The notes beneath the pieces are model-generated. The model was not told where the DNA came from. It did not search any database and saw only the letters and a program-made list of their open reading frames with translations. Shown here piece by piece: positions 60,179-64,000 of a stretch of 64,000 nt of DNA. Positions within the stretch are counted from its first letter, which is position 1, and each line of letters begins with the position of its first letter. A program made the position numbers and the translations under genes. Origin of the DNA: an uncultured Eubacteriales bacterium (GTDB lineage Bacteria > Bacillota > Clostridia > Christensenellales > UBA1242); assembly GCA_902496015.1 (NCBI GenBank), contig CABUZJ010000002.1, forward strand, positions 3,307 to 67,306, given 5' to 3'.

Positions 60179-60970
60179 ATGACAAATAAAGAGATAATAG
60201 AAAATAATGAAGTGGTATTGCCAGCATTGGACACGGTTTGGTTTATTATGGCAAATCATGCTAAACAAAAGCATAGTGCAAATTTGCTAACTTATGACGA
60301 CTTAATGTATTTTAAATATCTTTTAAATATTAATCTAAGGGAACAATTGGGGGCAAATGTGCCACTTATATCTGTTGCTACCACATTCAAAGATGAAAAA
60401 GATAAAAAACAAGCATACTTAAATAATCCGTATGCAAAAATGATAATAACAAATAGATATTGCAATGAAGAAATTATGCCACCATTTGAAGAAATGAAAA
60501 AGGCTTATAAGGTGTTGCTTGAACATAAAGCAAAAAAACAGGGTGCAAAGGCTTATGGTGGGGCACTTGAAAGAGAAGTTCAAAACAATATTTTGCTTGA
60601 AAATTATGATGAATTAATTAGAGAGTTTGGCGATGAGTATTTTGAACCAAAAGCCTATGAAGAAATTCATGAAGGTCTTTATGCTTATGAAAGATACAAA
60701 TTTTTTGCAGATACTGAATTACAAGACCCGATATCTGGTAAAATGATTACTTTTGCTAATATACCTAATGAATTGGTGGAAGAGGGCTTAGAAAAATTAG
60801 TTGATGATATTATAAATGGAAATAAGAATTTGAATAGGGATAAAGTTAAAACTGCAATCATGCAAACGCTTTCTAAAATGGAAGCATTAAACTTAATTGA
60901 AGATAATATTAAATTTACTATAAAATGTATGGAAATTGGTAAACGCTATCATAAAAATCATGAAAAATAA
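60179..60970 (+). CDS. hypothetical protein (263 aa)
   Basis: A long ORF with its own promoter and terminator. No family recognised. Confidence 0.5.
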   Translation: MTNKEIIENNEVVLPALDTVWFIMANHAKQKHSANLLTYDDLMYFKYLLNINLREQLGANVPLISVATTFKDEKDKKQAYLNNPYAKMIITNRYCNEEIMPPFEEMKKAYKVLLEHKAKKQGAKAYGGALEREVQNNILLENYDELIREFGDEYFEPKAYEEIHEGLYAYERYKFFADTELQDPISGKMITFANIPNELVEEGLEKLVDDIINGNKNLNRDKVKTAIMQTLSKMEALNLIEDNIKFTIKCMEIGKRYHKNHEK

Positions 60971-60979
60971 ATTTAACAT

Positions 60980-61008
60980 AGAACCGCTAATTTTAGCGGT
61001 TCTTTTTT
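60980..61008 (+). terminator. intrinsic terminator
   Basis: AGAACCGCTA (60980-60989) / TAGCGGTTCT (60994-61003), followed by a T-run. Confidence 0.7.
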
Positions 61009-61054
61009 GTCAAACTTAAAAAATTACACATAGCATAATAAAGAGGAAAGAGAT

Positions 61055-62224
61055 ATGTGTGTAGTTTTAAAGTTTGGGGGAAGTAGTGTTAGCAATGCAG
61101 AAAAAATAAAAAAAGTTGCAAAGCGGATTTATGAAATAAGTAAAAAAGAAAAATGTGTCGTTGTTGTAAGCGCCATGGGGAATACAACCGATAAATATTT
61201 GGCTTTGGCTAAAAAAGTATGTGGAAAAAATGAGATAAATAAAACACTTTTAGATGAACTTTTGAATTTGGGCGAACTTAAAAGTGTTTATTTATTATGT
61301 TTGGCTTTATGTGTTTTTAATATTAAAGTTGTTGGATTGAATGGTAATGAAGCGGGGATTGTGACTTGTGGAGCACATGGTAATTCTTCAATTTTAAAAG
61401 TTAATAAACAAAGATTAGAAGCTGAACTAATTAAAAATGATGTGGTGGTTGTTGCTGGATTTTGTGGTGAAAATGAAAGGCACGAAATTTGTACTTTAGG
61501 CAGAGGTGGTAGTGACACTTCGGCTGTGGCTTTGGCTGCAATGTTAAAGTGTAAATGTATAATTTATAGTGATGTAAATGGTATTTATTCAATAGATCCA
61601 AAGGTTTATAAAAAAGCAAAAAAACTAAATAAGATCAATGTAGATGACATGCTTGAACTAAGTGCATTTGGGGCAAAGGTGTTAGAAGGAAGATGTGTTG
61701 AAATTGCAAAACAAAAAAATGTCGATTTAGTTTTGGCAAATAGTTCAAATAAAATCAAAGGAACTGAAATCGTGAATAAACCATTTGAAAGCCTAATGGT
61801 TACGGGTGCAACCATTTTAAATTATGCATTTTTAAAAATAAAAGTAAATTATAATGAATTTGAGATGTTGCTTAATTTGCTTTATGATAATGAAATAAAA
61901 CCATTGTCTTGCAATTTTAAATATGAAGATAATGTATGTTTAGTAAATATAGCGTGCACACATGATAAAGTGCAAAAATTTATAAAAAGTAGTGAAAAAT
62001 TGGCAAAAAACATTGAATTTTACCCAAACTTAAATATGATAACAATAGTTGGCTATGGATTTTGTAATTATTTTCAGGAGTTGTATAAAGTTATTATTAA
62101 ACTAATAAATAGCAATATTAAAATATTCTATTTAAATTTATGTGATAGAGTTTGCAATATTTGGGTTGAAAAAGAATGTATTTTAAGTGCAATTGAGTTA
62201 ATTAGTAAAGAATTTAATTTATAG
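61055..62224 (+). CDS. lysC: aspartate kinase
   Basis: VLKFGGSSV, VVVVSAMGNTTD, LGRGGSDTSAVALA, and a C-terminal ACT-like region. Confidence 0.85.
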   Translation: MCVVLKFGGSSVSNAEKIKKVAKRIYEISKKEKCVVVVSAMGNTTDKYLALAKKVCGKNEINKTLLDELLNLGELKSVYLLCLALCVFNIKVVGLNGNEAGIVTCGAHGNSSILKVNKQRLEAELIKNDVVVVAGFCGENERHEICTLGRGGSDTSAVALAAMLKCKCIIYSDVNGIYSIDPKVYKKAKKLNKINVDDMLELSAFGAKVLEGRCVEIAKQKNVDLVLANSSNKIKGTEIVNKPFESLMVTGATILNYAFLKIKVNYNEFEMLLNLLYDNEIKPLSCNFKYEDNVCLVNIACTHDKVQKFIKSSEKLAKNIEFYPNLNMITIVGYGFCNYFQELYKVIIKLINSNIKIFYLNLCDRVCNIWVEKECILSAIELISKEFNL

Positions 62225-62232
62225 GAGAGATC

Positions 62233-63129
62233 ATGAAGAATAATTTAGGAGGAGTTTATGTTGACTTAATAACACCATTTGATGAAAAAGGTAAAGTAAA
62301 TTATAATAAATTAAAATGGCTTATTGAAAATGCTATTAATGCCAAAATTAATGGCGTGGCATTACTTAGCAATGTTAGCGAAGAATATAGTTTAACCGAA
62401 AAAGAGAAAGAGAAAATAGTAAAATTTGCTATAAAAGTAATAAAAAATAGAGTTAAAATTTTTATTTATGTTGGCGGAAATAATTTTAAAAAAGTTAGTT
62501 GTGAAATAAAAAAATTCAATAATTTAAAAATTAATGCATTTTTATTAAATTTGCCTGAAAATTGTAGCCCTAATTTTAGTGGATTGCAACTTTACATTTT
62601 AAATTGTTTAAAATTAACTAATATTCCCTTTATTTTAGTTAATTCACCAAAAAGAACAGGATTGTTACTTTCAATTAAGCAATTTAACAAACTTTGTGTT
62701 TCAAGCGAAAATATTATTGGAATAAAAGATGAAAGCAATAGTTTAGAATTTTTTAATAAATTAACAAAAATTAAACCTAACTTTAAAGTTTATTGCGGAA
62801 ATGATGAAGTAATAGATGGTGCTTTAAGATTGGGCAGTGTGGGTATCATTTCGTATTCGGCAAATATTTGTGCAAATGAAATAAATAAAATATATATGCT
62901 TTATGACCAATTAAAAATTAAAGAAGCCCAAATTGTATTTTTGAAAATTGAAGAATTTATTAATGCGCTTAATTTTGATAATTTGCCTGCAAGTATAAAA
63001 TTTGCTTTTGCAAGTTTAGGGCAAAAAATGGGTTATACAAGATTACCAATTGCTGGTATTGAATTAGAAAATAAGGCTGTAATTAGGGAAGCGTTAACCA
63101 CATGTAATATTAAAATAACTTTAAATTGA
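62233..63129 (+). CDS. DapA/N-acetylneuraminate-lyase-family (class I aldolase) protein with a divergent active site
   Basis: Family-like length and IIGIKDES (Schiff-base Lys block). The GTTGE and YN(V/I)P blocks read SNVSEE and VNSP. Confidence 0.65.
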   Translation: MKNNLGGVYVDLITPFDEKGKVNYNKLKWLIENAINAKINGVALLSNVSEEYSLTEKEKEKIVKFAIKVIKNRVKIFIYVGGNNFKKVSCEIKKFNNLKINAFLLNLPENCSPNFSGLQLYILNCLKLTNIPFILVNSPKRTGLLLSIKQFNKLCVSSENIIGIKDESNSLEFFNKLTKIKPNFKVYCGNDEVIDGALRLGSVGIISYSANICANEINKIYMLYDQLKIKEAQIVFLKIEEFINALNFDNLPASIKFAFASLGQKMGYTRLPIAGIELENKAVIREALTTCNIKITLN

Positions 63130-63163
63130 AAATTTGAAAATTGCAAAATTAAATATAAAATGT

Positions 63164-63192
63164 AAAAAATTGCATAAAAATATGCAATTTTT
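63164..63192. terminator. bidirectional intrinsic terminator
   Basis: AAATTGCATA (63167-63176) / TATGCAATTT (63181-63190), flanked by an A-run and a T-run. Confidence 0.55.
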
Positions 63193-63203
63193 ACAATATG
63201 TTT

Positions 63204-64000
63204 TTATTTTTGCAGTCTTAAATCTAAACCTTCAAGTTTAAATAATTTTGTTGTGTTTTTGTTGGCTAATCTGCTAAAAATGCGTTCTTGGTAAATAGCT
63301 AAAATGTCTTCAAGACCAAGATTTGTTGTTATGATTGTTTTTTTATTCGCATTTAATCTTTCATTCAAAATTAGGTATAAATATTCTAATGTGATATTTC
63401 TTTTTATCGGTTCGGTTCCAAGGTCATCTATAAGTAAAACATCACAGGAAAGAAGAATATCTAAATAGTCTTGCTTTGAATAGTCTAGGGTGGTGTGAAA
63501 TTTTGTAAATAATTCATTCATTGAAAAACTACTAATTTTAAAAACTGATTTATTTTGTTTTTTAAACTCACTTAGTGTGCATTCGCCTAGAAAGGTTTTT
63601 CCTACGCCAACTTGTCCTGAAAGGACTATATTTAAATAAGGTAATTTTCCTTGAGCAAAAGAAATTAAAAAATCTTTAAGTTTTAATAACTGATTTTTTT
63701 GCGTCTCGTTTTTAGTTAAAATTTTGAAATCATTAAAAGTTGCCAAATTTTGAGTGGTTTGTGGAGTTAAATATTTAGCTATTTTTTCTTTAAAACAAGA
63801 ACAAAGGCCTTGGCTAGTTATTCCTAAGTCGTTGCACTTTTTACAACTAAAATTTGGAGATAGGTCTGCTGATGTTAGCCCTAAACTTTTTAAAACTTTT
63901 TCTTTTTCTAATTGTGTCTTTTTAAATTCTTTGTCTAGTTCGTCTGTTTTTTTGTCTTCTGCTTTAAGTTTAGAAATTTTTAATATCAATTCTTTTTCGG
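63204..64000 (-). CDS. DnaI/DnaC-like AAA+ helicase loader (IstB-like ATPase); 5' end outside window
   Basis: GQVGVGKTFL Walker A, LLIDDLG Walker B, and an N-terminal CKKC...CSC zinc-type motif. The frame stays open to the window edge. Confidence 0.65.
   Translation of the reverse strand, partial: EKELILKISKLKAEDKKTDELDKEFKKTQLEKEKVLKSLGLTSADLSPNFSCKKCNDLGITSQGLCSCFKEKIAKYLTPQTTQNLATFNDFKILTKNETQKNQLLKLKDFLISFAQGKLPYLNIVLSGQVGVGKTFLGECTLSEFKKQNKSVFKISSFSMNELFTKFHTTLDYSKQDYLDILLSCDVLLIDDLGTEPIKRNITLEYLYLILNERLNANKKTIITTNLGLEDILAIYQERIFSRLANKNTTKLFKLEGLDLRLQK

Overview
This is a roughly 30% G+C, standard-code segment (TGA = stop, TGG = Trp) from a low-GC Bacillota or Mollicutes-related chromosome. 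It spans the replication-origin neighbourhood. On the minus strand lie mnmG, a GNAT gene, mnmE, jag, yidC, yidD, rnpA and rpmH, followed by dnaN and dnaA. On the plus strand lie recF, gyrB, a MazG-like gene and gyrA. So dnaA-dnaN are inverted relative to the usual dnaA-dnaN-recF-gyrBA order, and dnaA diverges from recF across 177 bp.

The rest is mostly housekeeping or accessory metabolism:
- three DegV paralogs, HU, and a stand-alone GlmU acetyltransferase half next to glmM
- membrane-lipid genes (MGDG-synthase-like GT, acyltransferase, cls, GDPD-like)
- nucleoside salvage (tdk, udk-like, deoB, deoD)
- a MarR plus heterodimeric ABC exporter operon
- a lipase, glpK and GlpA-like/oxidoreductase/DUF1667 glycerol cluster
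- lysC plus a degenerate DapA-like gene, and a DnaI/DnaC-like loader
- four tRNAs: Arg-UCG, Arg-CCU, Glu-UUC, Met-CAU

I saw no rRNA, CRISPR array, transposase, integrase or obvious prophage or defence genes.

The most unusual items are:
1. a two-gene cassette (98-aa protein plus a 572-aa signal-peptide-less protein with an unknown N-domain and nine 22-aa BspA-type LRRs) bracketed by about 80-bp imperfect direct repeats
2. the rearranged origin region, which has only weak DnaA boxes
3. a recurrent architecture in which a -10 hexamer sits exactly 6 nt before an SD-less ATG (five SD-less genes plus one low-confidence 46-aa ORF), suggesting leaderless mRNAs
4. a GlmU C-terminal-half gene that appears to start at AUU
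5. a perfect (ATTT)11 microsatellite upstream of a DNA-repair gene

All functional calls come from motif recognition by eye. No database search was run.
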